Shown: positions 11,902 through 23,988, counted from the stretch's first letter. The stretch: 64,000 bases of DNA from Eledone cirrhosa (GCA_964016885.1 OZ024750.1:32054001-32118000); one strand, 5' to 3'. Notes: a model not told the origin generated them from the letters alone. Program-made: numbers and translations.

Positions 11902-14900
11902 ATGACCTCACTCAGAATAGGCAGCATAAATGCGCGTGGCTTGGGGTCGTCATGGAAGCAGGGTCACCTGCTCAACGACCTCAGGTCACTAAACATAGAT
12001 GTAGTGGCCATCAGCGAGACCAGAATCTCCGAAGCACGGGCCTTCGCACCGATCTTCGGCGGCTACGATGTGTACGCATCTCCCAGCCGTCCTGGATCGG
12101 GTGGAGGAGTTGCTGTGCTTTTTCGGAGAGGTTTGGATCTCGCCATACGGGCCATCTTCCTGGACCCAGAGGGTAAGCTGGTGGTGCTGGACGTGACCAG
12201 CGGAGACGGGCAAGCTTTCAGGCTAGTGGCCGTCTATGCCCCGACAGGAGCAGGGCGGCCTGATTTCTTCCGGCGTCTGGAGACCTTTCTTGGAACGTCC
12301 CGCTCTTTAGTGTTAGTGGGCGACTGGAACGGGATCTTAGATGCACGCTGGGACTGTGTGGGATTAGCGGATAGGGGTGGAGGGTGCAAGAGCCTCACCA
12401 ACCTGCTCAGGCGTTTTGAACTGTCTGACAGGTACCGATTGGATTTCCCGAATGTGCCAATGTGGACTTGGACAAACCGCATAGGGTCATCCAGATCATA
12501 TCTAGATAGAGTATTTTGTAGGGAAATAGATAGGTCTAGCATAGGCTGTCCACAATTCAAGATAGTCAGCTACACGGACCACAAATTCGTGACCTGTGTG
12601 CTTGACTTAGATAGGCTTCATAGACGAGGACCCGGCTACTGGAAGCTAAACGCGTCCTTACCAGCGCGCAAGGCCTACAGAGACCGGATTAGCGAACTAG
12701 TTAAGCGGGCGTTGACGGGGGCCATCGTCAACAACAAGTGGTGGTTTGCTCTGAAAAGAGCGATTAGAATAGAATCGATTAGGTTTAGTAAGGCTTTAGC
12801 AATAGAGAAAAATAGAGCAGAGGGAGAACTAGTTAGAAAATTAGACGAGGCGCTTAGCAAAGGCATTGCGACCGACGTGCTTGCGGCGAAATTGGCCCTT
12901 GACCAATTCTTCAATGCAAAGCACGAAGGCTGCGTTGTCAGAGCTAGGGTGCGTGCTCTCAGACACGAGGGGACGAAAGCCGTTCAATGGGCCCGAGTGG
13001 CGGAGGCGCGTCGTGGCAACAAAGCCACGATCCGGTCTTTGGTGGACCACGACGGGCGCATGCTACTCGATCCCGGGCAAATGTGTGAAGCTTTTCAGCG
13101 ACACTTCGCTCAGCTGTTCGGGGGCAGCGGGGGGCCGGGTAGAGGGATGGACTTTAGTGTCTACCTCGACGGACTGCCGCGGCTCTCGGCCACTGAGGCG
13201 AGGTGTTGCGAAAAGCCGATAACAGCCGCTGAAATACGGGAGGCAATGACTGGCTGCACAAGGGGTAAATCGCCTGGTTTGGATGGTCTGCCCTATGAAC
13301 TTTACGTACAGATGCCAGACTTGTTCGGAGGCCTCTTGGCGGACGTCTACTGCAACTGGCAACAGAACGGGAGAATTCCCAGTTCTGTGAGCCGAGGAGC
13401 GGTGGCACTGCTGAGAAAGGATCCGAACAAGGGGGATAACATAGACAATTTCCGGCCCATAACTCTGCTAAACACAGAGTTTAAGATTTTGGCCAAGGTG
13501 CTAGCAAAGAGGTTGGCGCTTGTCGTTGGTGGTCTGGTGGGAGAGGCGCAGACATGCGCCATCCCCGACAGATCCATCCACGACAACCTCCACCTCATGC
13601 GATACATCGTAGAGAGGGTAGCTAGGGAACCTGGCACGGGTGGGTCCTTGATCAATTTAGATCAGTCGAAAGCTTTCGATAGGGTCGACCATCGTTACCT
13701 AGCGGCAGTCCTGAGGGCGGCTGGCTTTGGGCCCGTCTTCAGAGGCTGGATCGCTGCCATGCACAGCGACATCTGCTCTGTGGTGAGAGTGAACGGTCAC
13801 CTGTCGGAACCGTTCAACATCATGCGCTCGGTCCGCCAAGGATGTCCCCTCTCGTCCCTCTTGTACGTATTGACTCTCGAGCCATTACTGCACAAACTGG
13901 AGACGTTGAGGGGAGTCCCGCGCGAACTAGGATGCGGAAGATCCGTGTCAGCATATGCCGACGATGTCACCGTAGTGGTGTCGAACGCCAAACACATCGA
14001 GGCGATCGGCACTACACTAAGAGAATACGAAGCGGTGACAGGAGCAATGATCAACCAGGAAAAGTCAGTGGGCCTGCAGCTCGGCACCTGGAGAGGCAGG
14101 TCCATGCCGTCCAACAGCGTCGTCGGGCGCTGGACGGACGGACCGGTTAAATTGCTAGGGGTCTGGTTCGGTCCGGACCTCCAGACGGACAAAAACTGGG
14201 ACGAGGTGACGAGCAGGGTGGCTTCTCTCACCCAGAAATGGGCGGAGAGGAAGCTATCCCTGAAAGGTCGAGCGGAGGTGGCTAACGCGTACATCGCGTC
14301 TGTCATCTGCTACCGCCTAACCGTCGTACCTTGTCCTAAGCCTCGCCTGACTGCGCTGGAGCGTTTGCTCTTTCGCTTTTTGTGGAAGGGACGTGCTCCG
14401 ATGGTCAGGCGGTCCATCTGTTGTCAACACCCGCTACGTGGAGGGCTGGGCATGCCGTGGCTGATGATGCGCAGGCACGCGCTCAGGCTACGACATCTCC
14501 ACCTCTTCCTCGACGGTGATCAGGTGTGGTCGCCGTTTGCTAGACGCGTTTTTCCCCAGCTCGTTTCCTTGACGGAGCTGCAGTCCTGGGTCAAGCGAAG
14601 ACCGAGAGGGAGCGCCTGGAGACTGGAATGTCTTCAGGCGCTCACAGCCCTCGACCAATTGGGCAATGTGATCGGTGGAAACTCCACCTCGGCGTTCTAT
14701 AGAGGATTAGTGGAGGGGAAGAGCGACGACGTACTTGGGGAAACTCTAGGCGTCGACGAAAATCAACTAGCCAATCTCTTCGGAAGAACTTTCGGGCCAG
14801 GGCCTATGGACAACTTCCAGAAATCTCTGGCCTGGCAGTGCTACCGAGGAGCCTTGCCAGTTCGGGATAAACTCTACAGGCATGGAGGTGCCGTCAGCCG

Positions 14901-15321
14901 GGCATGTCCGAGATGCGCGCAGGGCGACGAAACCGTCCTGCACGCACTCGTCCAGTGTCCGAAAATTGCTGACTTGTGGGTTTATGTCGAACACCTGCTG
15001 TCGCGTTTAGGACGGATCCAGCTATCATCTGAGTCTATCGTGAGGATTGCCCCGCCCTCCTCCTTTAGCCGGGAAGGGCAGGCAGTTTTTATCTGTCTGG
15101 TGGCCATGGCGAAAGAGATAGTATGGTGGACACGTTTGAAAGGGCTGAAGACGAGCACTTACCTCTTCGGTGATGCTCTGATTGACTTTTTCAAATTTCA
15201 TTTGAAAAGGAAAATCAGAGTAGAGAAGGAAGTCCTCTCTTCCCAGCATTTTGTTGAAAGATGGGTGAGAGAAGCAAGAATGGCCCGAGTGAATGGGCCG
15301 ACTCTGAGTATATATCTGTAA
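11902..15321 (+). CDS. LINE ORF2p: APE endonuclease, reverse transcriptase and C-terminal zinc finger (1139 aa)
   Basis: Endonuclease motifs SINARGL, ISETR, VYAP, GDWN, YLDR, TDH; RT motifs KSPGLDG, FRPITLLN, LDQSKAFDRV, RQGCPLS, YADD; C-terminal CPRC...ETVLHALVQC. Confidence 0.97.
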   Translation: MTSLRIGSINARGLGSSWKQGHLLNDLRSLNIDVVAISETRISEARAFAPIFGGYDVYASPSRPGSGGGVAVLFRRGLDLAIRAIFLDPEGKLVVLDVTSGDGQAFRLVAVYAPTGAGRPDFFRRLETFLGTSRSLVLVGDWNGILDARWDCVGLADRGGGCKSLTNLLRRFELSDRYRLDFPNVPMWTWTNRIGSSRSYLDRVFCREIDRSSIGCPQFKIVSYTDHKFVTCVLDLDRLHRRGPGYWKLNASLPARKAYRDRISELVKRALTGAIVNNKWWFALKRAIRIESIRFSKALAIEKNRAEGELVRKLDEALSKGIATDVLAAKLALDQFFNAKHEGCVVRARVRALRHEGTKAVQWARVAEARRGNKATIRSLVDHDGRMLLDPGQMCEAFQRHFAQLFGGSGGPGRGMDFSVYLDGLPRLSATEARCCEKPITAAEIREAMTGCTRGKSPGLDGLPYELYVQMPDLFGGLLADVYCNWQQNGRIPSSVSRGAVALLRKDPNKGDNIDNFRPITLLNTEFKILAKVLAKRLALVVGGLVGEAQTCAIPDRSIHDNLHLMRYIVERVAREPGTGGSLINLDQSKAFDRVDHRYLAAVLRAAGFGPVFRGWIAAMHSDICSVVRVNGHLSEPFNIMRSVRQGCPLSSLLYVLTLEPLLHKLETLRGVPRELGCGRSVSAYADDVTVVVSNAKHIEAIGTTLREYEAVTGAMINQEKSVGLQLGTWRGRSMPSNSVVGRWTDGPVKLLGVWFGPDLQTDKNWDEVTSRVASLTQKWAERKLSLKGRAEVANAYIASVICYRLTVVPCPKPRLTALERLLFRFLWKGRAPMVRRSICCQHPLRGGLGMPWLMMRRHALRLRHLHLFLDGDQVWSPFARRVFPQLVSLTELQSWVKRRPRGSAWRLECLQALTALDQLGNVIGGNSTSAFYRGLVEGKSDDVLGETLGVDENQLANLFGRTFGPGPMDNFQKSLAWQCYRGALPVRDKLYRHGGAVSRACPRCAQGDETVLHALVQCPKIADLWVYVEHLLSRLGRIQLSSESIVRIAPPSSFSREGQAVFICLVAMAKEIVWWTRLKGLKTSTYLFGDALIDFFKFHLKRKIRVEKEVLSSQHFVERWVREARMARVNGPTLSIYL

Positions 15322-15582
15322 ACTAAAGGTGGAAAACTGGGAGAGGGCACTTGCCTTGGTGGTCAGGGTCATTGTGGCTTTTTACTGGGCTTTCTCCACA
15401 AATGTCCCTCCGAAGTCTCCCCCCCTATTGGGGAATTTTTCATTGTTATTTTCATTGTTATTTTTGTTACATCCTCTGTTTTTGTTTTTTTACACGCAGA
15501 AATGCCCATTTGTACCGTCCTGCATTGTCCTGCACTGTCCTTAATGTCTACTTTATGTAAACCCTTGTGGTTAATAAAGAAA

Positions 15583-15639
<57 letters not shown>

Positions 15640-15640
<1 letters not shown>

Positions 15641-16709
15641 AGTTACATTTATCTTGCTTTATGTTCATATGAGTTATCACCAAGTCACAACCAGTGACCT
15701 CAATAGACAACAAGGTCCGCCATGTTCAAGAAAGAACATACATACACACACATGCATCTTTAGGTGTTTAGACTTGTGAAGTACTTATATTGACAGAATC
15801 TTCCTTAGTATATGGGCAGTTCCCATTAGTACTATCTTTTGTATTTCTCCTATACGCGGGTCTCCTGGGATTTGCGATAAGTAATCATTAGACCCCTTAG
15901 GTATCATTCCTAGAGCGCTTACAACCACTGGTATTCTTTTAGTTCTCAATTTCCACATTTCTCCAATTTCTATCTCCAGGTCCTTACACTTACTCAATTT
16001 TTCAAATGTTTTTATAGATAAATTCTTGTCTATTGGAACGGACATATCAATTAGCAGGCATACCCTCTTTTTAAAGTCCTTCAGTATTATATCAGGTCTT
16101 GATTGAGATGTGATCTTTTTCAAGTATGGGAGGTGGTTGATGCTCCCACCAATTCTTTTGATGGGGCAGGTCAAAATGGTTTACACATTATCCAATGTAT
16201 GTATTGTGTAGCTCTGTCATGCATGTTTAGGTATTCGGTTGGAGCTATAGGACTGCACATTGAAATTATATGATCAATGGTGTCTGGTTATTTTTTTACA
16301 TACACGGTATAATGGGTTGCATCCAATTTTTATTATGTTGGCTTGGTAATCTTTTGTTGGCTGATCTTGTGCTAATATAATCAGTCCTTCAGTCTCCGAT
16401 TTCAGTCCAGAGGATGCCAACCACTGATGGGTTAAAGTTTTGTCAACATCAGGGATGTTAGCTCTTTCTGGCTATTTTCCATACAGAGGCATTTCTTGCC
16501 ATTTCTTAGCCAGTTTCTGTAGCAGTTCTTTCTTTGCAGTTACTTTTACCTGCTTTGCTTTTTCTGTGTTTTCCATATCAGCAGTAAATGGGACTTCTGA
16601 AATTTGTTGTCCATTACTGTATCTTTGTGCATCTTTTGTAATGGAGTATGATCTTTTGATGCTTTCGTGTTTCAAAACGAATTTGATCATCCAGTCATGT
16701 GATTCCCTT
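15640..16709 (-). mobile_element. 5'-truncated, decayed R4/Dong-clade non-LTR retrotransposon with (TAA)n tail
   Basis: Minus strand gives HQWLASSGLKSETEGLIILAQDQ, TIDHIISMC...EYLNMHD (zinc knuckle region) and RPDIILKDFKKRVCLLIDMSVP...EKLSK...IPVVVSALG...QKIVLMGTAHILRKILS* (PD-(D/E)xK endonuclease); stop at 15785, then about 145 nt UTR and (TAA)n. Confidence 0.8.
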
Positions 16710-16711
16710 AC

Positions 16712-16807
16712 ACACACACACGTACATACACATATATATATATAAATATATATACATATAAATACGTACAGACAAAAGCGCATGCATGCGTACATACATA
16801 CACACGA

Positions 16808-16868
<61 letters not shown>

Positions 16869-16900
16869 CCACATGTATATCTAATCACACGTACGTACGC

Positions 16901-16941
<41 letters not shown>

Positions 16942-18077
16942 CACACCCATACATACGTATACATATACACATATATACATACACATACACGTACATTCAC
17001 CCACATACACACACGCATAAATAAGTATATAAAAAACACAGATATCTATGTTTTTACATAGATATCTATGTTTTTTACATAGATATCTATGTTTTTTACA
17101 TACTTATTTATACGTGTGTGTGTATGTGGGTGAATGTATGTGTATATATATGTGTATATGTATACGTATGTATGGGTGTGTATGTATATATATATATAGT
17201 CGCGTACGTACGTGTGATTAGATATTCATGTGACGATATATTTATATACGTGCCTCGTGTGTATGTATGTACGCATACATGCGCTTTTGTCTGTACGTAT
17301 ATATATGTATATATATTTATATATATATATGTGTGTGTACGTGCGTACCTATGTTTTCTTTTTTCTAGTGTTAATTAATAACCCCTCCCTCTTAATTTCT
17401 CTTTGATGTAAAAAAATGATTTTCATTCTCATATATTGTTTCATTTTTATACATATATCGAGAATGACACTTCTTTTTACTATTACACCCCTTCCCTCTT
17501 TATCTTCCGCATATAAGTGACCGCGTGTGTATGTATGTTTATACGCGTGCTTTCATACTCGTATGTGTATATATTTAATACCTGTATCTGGATGTGTGTT
17601 AACTATATTATCTTACAATTTCTTTTTCAACTCATATTATATACGTATTTGTGGTCACATATACACAAATATACTTGCCCTCATATATGTACTTACGCAC
17701 ACATTTTCACCATACACATGCATTTGTACATACACACATATGTACATTTGTGAGTGTATATACATACATATACACATACCCTAACTATATTTCCTTATTT
17801 TTTTATATATCTCTTGCATTACTTTTATTTATATATTTTTTTGCCCGTTAAACTCTTGCCTTTCTTGAGGAGATTTTTTCAAATATTTAACTATGTTTTA
17901 AATTGCCTTGTCCGATGAACGAATGAGGACGTTTTTCGTATTCGTCTTATTCGGGAAACATCTGGTAATGAGGTAATTATATTGTATTGTTTATTAAACA
18001 TTAAATTTAGCTCTGGTACTTACATAGACCACTCTTTACTCCTATGACTTTTTCAATTTTCAACGGAAACTTCAATA

Positions 18078-18080
<3 letters not shown>
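16712..18080 (+). mobile_element. Non-coding Penelope-like unit: 5' fold-back, body, hammerhead, (TA)n
   Basis: About 16720-17040 is the reverse complement of about 17085-17345 (centre GATATC with three tandem 20-21-mers); hammerhead at 17901-17978; ends in (TA)n. Confidence 0.55.
17901..17978 (+). ncRNA. Type I hammerhead ribozyme motif (U4C core variant)
   Basis: AATTGCCTTGT-CCGATGA-[A CGAATGAGGACG...CGTCTTATTCG G]-GAAA-C ATCTG G-TA-ATGAGGTAATT; 11-bp stem I with G-U pairs; GUA cleavage triplet. Confidence 0.7.
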
Positions 18081-18104
<24 letters not shown>

Positions 18105-18113
<9 letters not shown>

Positions 18114-19410
18114 TAACAGATTAAAGTTTAAGCAAAGAATCGCCGCTTTCACCCTTAACGGGATCTTCTGAAACTAAAAAAATCGATCTGTGAACGCCGG
18201 CTTCTAAACATAAATTGCACAAACCTTTCCTGTATTAGAGCCCCACATTATACCCTAACGGATAGTACGAACTATACGCGGATATTTTACGTCTTGATGT
18301 AGGAGCTAACTATATGTTATGTTTATACCATTACATATTTGTACATATTGCCTGTATGTTTTGTGTAGGTACGTATACTTTCTCGTGCTTATATTTGCTT
18401 GTATATGTTATGGCGTATATATTATATATTCTGGTACATGTGCATTTGGTTATGTGTATACGTGAGTTTTGCGTCTGTGTGAGTATGCGGGTTCGTACAT
18501 ATGTAGGGTGTGTGTGTATGTGTACTATGTGTTTTGGCTGACGTATGTCTGTGAACTTATGTGTATTTACATGTAGGTATGTGTGTGCGCACGTTATATA
18601 CGTATTTATGTGTGTATACGTTTATTTAATTATATGTATACACGTACACACACACATATATATATATATTTTTTTAATATATATTTTCATGTATATTTGG
18701 TGTATACGTTCGTATGTATGCGGGTATAGGCGTTGCGTGGGTTCTGTATGTGCGTGCATGTTTTTTGGTGTACGTGCTTGTATTTGTTTACCCATGGAGA
18801 TTGTTTTCGCGTATGCTGTGTATGTACGTATATGGATGCCTGTATGCATATATTTAATTTCAATTACCTCTGTATTTCATTTACTTTATTCTTAACTCTG
18901 AAGCCGAGAATCATTCGGTTTCCTGAATAGAATTTTAGTCTACGACTTCAGTTATACCATTTACATGGTTTTGTATTTGCGTGTAATTGTTCTCACCGCT
19001 CCACATAAGGACGTATCATTTCCGTTCATTGCCAGAGAACGTCTCCATGAACCAGCGAATAGAATATTATTCTACGACTTCATACTTACCATAAACGTGG
19101 TTTTGTATTTGCGTGTAATTGCTTTCACCGCTCCAAATAATGACGTATTATTCCGTTCTTTGCCAGGAAACGTTTCCACGAACCAAAGTATCGTCTTCTT
19201 GTCTTCCTTGGGTTGCAACGTTTTTTGAAATATTTACTTATGTGTTCACAGATTGACTTTTTTAGTTAAGGTTGAAAGCAGCGATTCTTTGCTTAAAAGT
19301 TTAATCTGTTATGTTTATAAATATTTGTTCTACGGTTCTTATATATTTGATATATATTTATCCTTATCGAGCCCTCTTTGGATTTTAGTCTTCAAATTTA
19401 TTATTACTAG
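18105..19410 (+). mobile_element. Fold-back repeat unit between (TA)n tracts (family also at 47432-47652 and 57513-57617)
   Basis: Left arm at about 18105-18160 is inverted relative to about 19265-19320, followed by a unique 3' extension ending in TA repeats; internal tandem duplication of about 120 bp at 18925-19165. Confidence 0.65.
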
Positions 19411-20428
19411 ATATATATATACTCATATGAATCTATAGAAACCTTTATAGTTCAGAAGATTATTTAACTACTGCGATGAGCAGTAAGATGGCCAGACGTT
19501 CTAGAATAATGTATTCTTATGAATAATAATTCGATAATCAATTATTTAGTCTGCTGACGCAAGAATAGTGTTTTTTCAAGGACTAGAACTACTTGAATAC
19601 AATAGTAAATAGTAATAGTACTGTTAAGGATGAATAATTGTATTTATTGCGGCTCTTACAAGATTGTTACAATTATATACAACACTAAATCAATAGTAAT
19701 GATTGATGGTCTTATATTGATGTCTGACATTGGCAAAATGCCATCAATTCACTGTGAGGAATACAACATGGCAATTGTTACGAAAAATGATATAATTTAC
19801 AGATTATCATATGTATCATATTTATTATGTAATACAATACGTAATTGCGGTCAATAATATGGCTTAATTAGAGGATGTTGATTTGACAGATAAGAGAAAT
19901 TGTGAGATATATATACACACATACAGACACAGACACAGACACACACACACATATATGTATATATATATATATACATATATATAAATAAAATAAATTTTTT
20001 TCTTCTCGTCCTAGCACAGCTGAAACATAAATGTAAGTATGCTCACGTACACACACACACGTGCGCGCGCACCCCCCCCCACACACACATATATGATGGA
20101 TGCCCCCTCGTTATCGAGTATGGCTATTGCACGATATAACATTATCAATTAACTCTTTCGTGCAATACTTGTGCGTGTGGATGTGTTTAAAGTTAGGAAA
20201 TACGATGCACTGACTCAATCCCACCCCTGAGCGACAGTAGTTGTAATCCGAAAAGAAGAAAAGATCAACATCATCGGTAACTACTGAGTTATCCCAGTTT
20301 CTTGAGTTGCTTTCTCCTAGAAGAATGCTCTGACAAAAGCTAGGGGTTCTTCACGCCAATTGGTTTAACCACGCGATTGTGTATCCAGCTCAATTATTTC
20401 TATATCCCAGTGCATATACATACACATT

Positions 20429-20495
<67 letters not shown>

Positions 20496-20501
<6 letters not shown>

Positions 20502-20762
20502 TAATAAAATCAATGAATAAAAACAAAGAAACAGTTCCTTATATTAAAAAATTCATCATTTTACGATCGTTGATGAATTTTTTAATATAAGGAACTGTTT
20601 CTTTGTTTTTATTCATTGTTTTTATTAATTTATCTTGACTCTGTTTTCCTGTGTTTTTCATCGAAAACAATTTTGAATACATCTTCTCTTTTCATGATAT
20701 TTGGATTACAATGAGTTCTTCATACGGATTGGACACTACCGTATTTTTTGGTAGATTTATCT
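20496..20762 (+). mobile_element. Collapsed hairpin derivative of the Penelope-like element at 21580-25108
   Basis: Arms 20496-20558 and 20571-20633 around TTTTACGATCGT, then a 3' extension matching 24977-25108 (GAGTTCTTCATACGGATTGGACACTACCGTA...GGTAGATTTATCTA). Confidence 0.8.
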
Positions 20763-20770
20763 ACACACAC

Positions 20771-21478
<708 letters not shown>

Positions 21479-21544
21479 ATATGTGGATATATTCATGTAT
21501 ATGTATTTGTCCGCATGTTTCTGTGTGTTTCTCTATATATATTG

Positions 21545-21582
<38 letters not shown>

Positions 21583-21642
21583 AAATATTAAAAAAATAAT
21601 GAATAAAACAAAGAAACAGTTCCTTATATTAAACAAAAAAAG

Positions 21643-21785
21643 TTCATTATTTAACGATCGTTTCTAGGACATATATGTGTTAGAATTGGCATGCATATTC
21701 AAAAGATCTATGTACAAAATTATACAAACTATCAAGGAGAATATACATACCATCACATATATATGCTGTCTTCAGAAATAATGAA
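21643..21785 (-). ncRNA. Type I hammerhead ribozyme (inverted copy of 24772-24914)
   Basis: Reverse complement of the 24772 motif with intact CTGAAGA, GAAA, CGATCG and TT elements. Confidence 0.75.
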
Positions 21786-21811
21786 GTATATTTATTGATA
21801 ATAACAACAAT

Positions 21812-22307
21812 TATACATAAGTATACAACCAATACATCAAACTAACCATAATATCTCCTCAAATACAGAATTAACGAAAGGTTGTAACTGTAGAAACAAA
21901 GCAAACTGCCCATTAAAAGGAAATTGTCTTGTTAACAACATAGTTTATAAATGTAAAGTTAAAACTAAAGATTCTATTTGCTCATATATAGGAGCTACTT
22001 CTAACAATTTTAAGGTAAGGTTTAATACCCACAAACAGTTTTTAAAAATGCCGCACTGGCTAATACAACATCTATAGCAGAAAAAATTAATAGTTATAGA
22101 AATAAGAATATAGAATATGATATGACCTGGAGTGTGCTCAAAAGAGCCACCCCTTATCAAAATAATAGAAATGAATGTAGATTGTGTTCCCAAGAACTAT
22201 TTGAAATAATGAAATCTAAGGATATCCTATTAAATAAGCGACAGGAATTAATTATATCGTGTAATCATAAACTGAGAAAAACATTTAAATATTATAAACC
22301 TAATTAA
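21812..22307 (+). pseudogene. Penelope-like GIY-YIG endonuclease C-terminal remnant (one frameshift)
   Basis: GCNCRNKANCPLKGNCLVNNIVYKC...SYIGATSNNFKVRFNTHK, frameshift near 22035, then ...WSVLKRATPY...CRLCSQE...LLNKRQELIISCNH; VY/YIG, R...H, CxxC, E and N motifs are present. Confidence 0.85.
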
Positions 22308-23190
22308 TAATATATATTTTAGAAATTAATATATAAATTAATTTAAATGTAGTTAACCTATAATTTTAATTTAATTTAAATTCTACTACAGATGAAATTA
22401 AAAATTATCGTGTAATCATAAACTGTGAAAAACTTTTAAATATTATTACCATAATTAATATATACTTTGGAAATTAATATATAGATTAATTTTAGTTTAT
22501 TTAACCTTTTATTAAAATTCCTTTACAGATAAAATATAACAAAATATCGTGTAATCAATAACAGAGAAATACTTTTTAATATTATAAACCTAATTAATAT
22601 ACAATTTAGAAATTAATTTATAAATTAATTTTAATTTAGTTAACCTATAATTTTAATTTAGTTAGCTTAAAATTAAAATTCTAATACAGATGGATTGCAG
22701 AATATCGTGTAATCATAAACTGAGAAAAACTTTTAAATATATACCTAATTAATATATTCTTTACAAATAAATATATAGATTAATTTTAATTTAGTTAACC
22801 TATAATTATATTCTACTATAGATAAAATACAAAATTTTGCTTTAATTATTATAAACCTAATTAACATATAATATAGAAATTAATATATAATTTTTAATTC
22901 AGTTAACCTATAATTAATATTATACTACCAATGAAATACTTAATTTGGCTTTCCCTATTACAAAATTCATTTCCTAAAATTGATACCATCATGTTAATAT
23001 TTTTAATTTAGTTATGCTATAATTAATACTCTACTACTGTTTAACTTCAAAATTCCAATTTAAATATTATAAACCTAAGTAGTATACACCTTAGAAATTA
23101 ATATATTAACTATTTTTACTTTAATTAACCTATAATGAATAGTCTACTTATATTAAAATGCATAATTTAACCTTCTTTCTTACAAATACC
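22254..23190 (+). repeat. Degenerate tandem repeats (about 140-160 bp) of the PLE ORF end and 3' UTR
   Basis: TATCGTGTAATCA...AAA recurs near 22255, 22407, 22545 and 22703; TTAACCTATAAT recurs out to about 23130. Confidence 0.75.
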
Positions 23191-23435
23191 ATTTCCTAAT
23201 ACTGACACTACTATGTAAACACATATTATGATTTAAATGCAGATTAATATTCTATGTTCCTTGAAACCTATATTTACTATTTCCCACTAATAATTTTAAT
23301 CGCCCTTCCTCCCCCATAATTATTCGTATTTGTAAGCGTGGATGTATGTATGTGTATGTAAGTATGTATGTATGTTTGTGTGTTTGTATGTGAGTATAAA
23401 AATACATATGTGCGCATGTAAATAAGTGTGTATGA

Positions 23436-23513
<78 letters not shown>

Positions 23514-23616
23514 ATATATATGTGTATGTGTGTATGTATATGTATTTGTAGAGATGTGTGTATGTATGTGTATATATGTGCATAATTGTCTGACTGTGTG
23601 TATTTATTTTTTTTTT

Positions 23617-23669
<53 letters not shown>

Positions 23670-23915
23670 GTGTGTATGTATGTCTCTATATTTATGTATG
23701 TCTGAGTGTGTGTGTGTGTGTGGTTGTGTGTATATTTACATGGGTATGTGTGTGTATGTGTATATATATGTATATGTATGTGTGTGTGTATATATATGTG
23801 TGTATATATATGTAGTAATATATGTGTATATATATGTATATATATATATATATATATGTATGTGTATGTATGTGTGTATGTGTGTGTACATATATGTATA
23901 TATGTGTGTTGTGTG

Positions 23916-23988
<73 letters not shown>

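Larger units (their letters stand above)
9560..15584 (+). mobile_element. Full-length Tx1/L1-clade LINE (copy A), both ORFs intact
   Basis: 5' UTR, ORF1, 35-nt spacer, ORF2 and 3' UTR ending AATAAAGAAATC; flanked by (ATT)8 at 9536-9559 and about (ATT)18 at 15585-15639. Confidence 0.93.

Noticed and set aside
9878-15372. Many 60-213 aa overlapping and antisense ORFs within LINE A (likewise within LINE B)
   Set aside because: Shadows of GC-richer or low-complexity coding sequence with no independent motifs.
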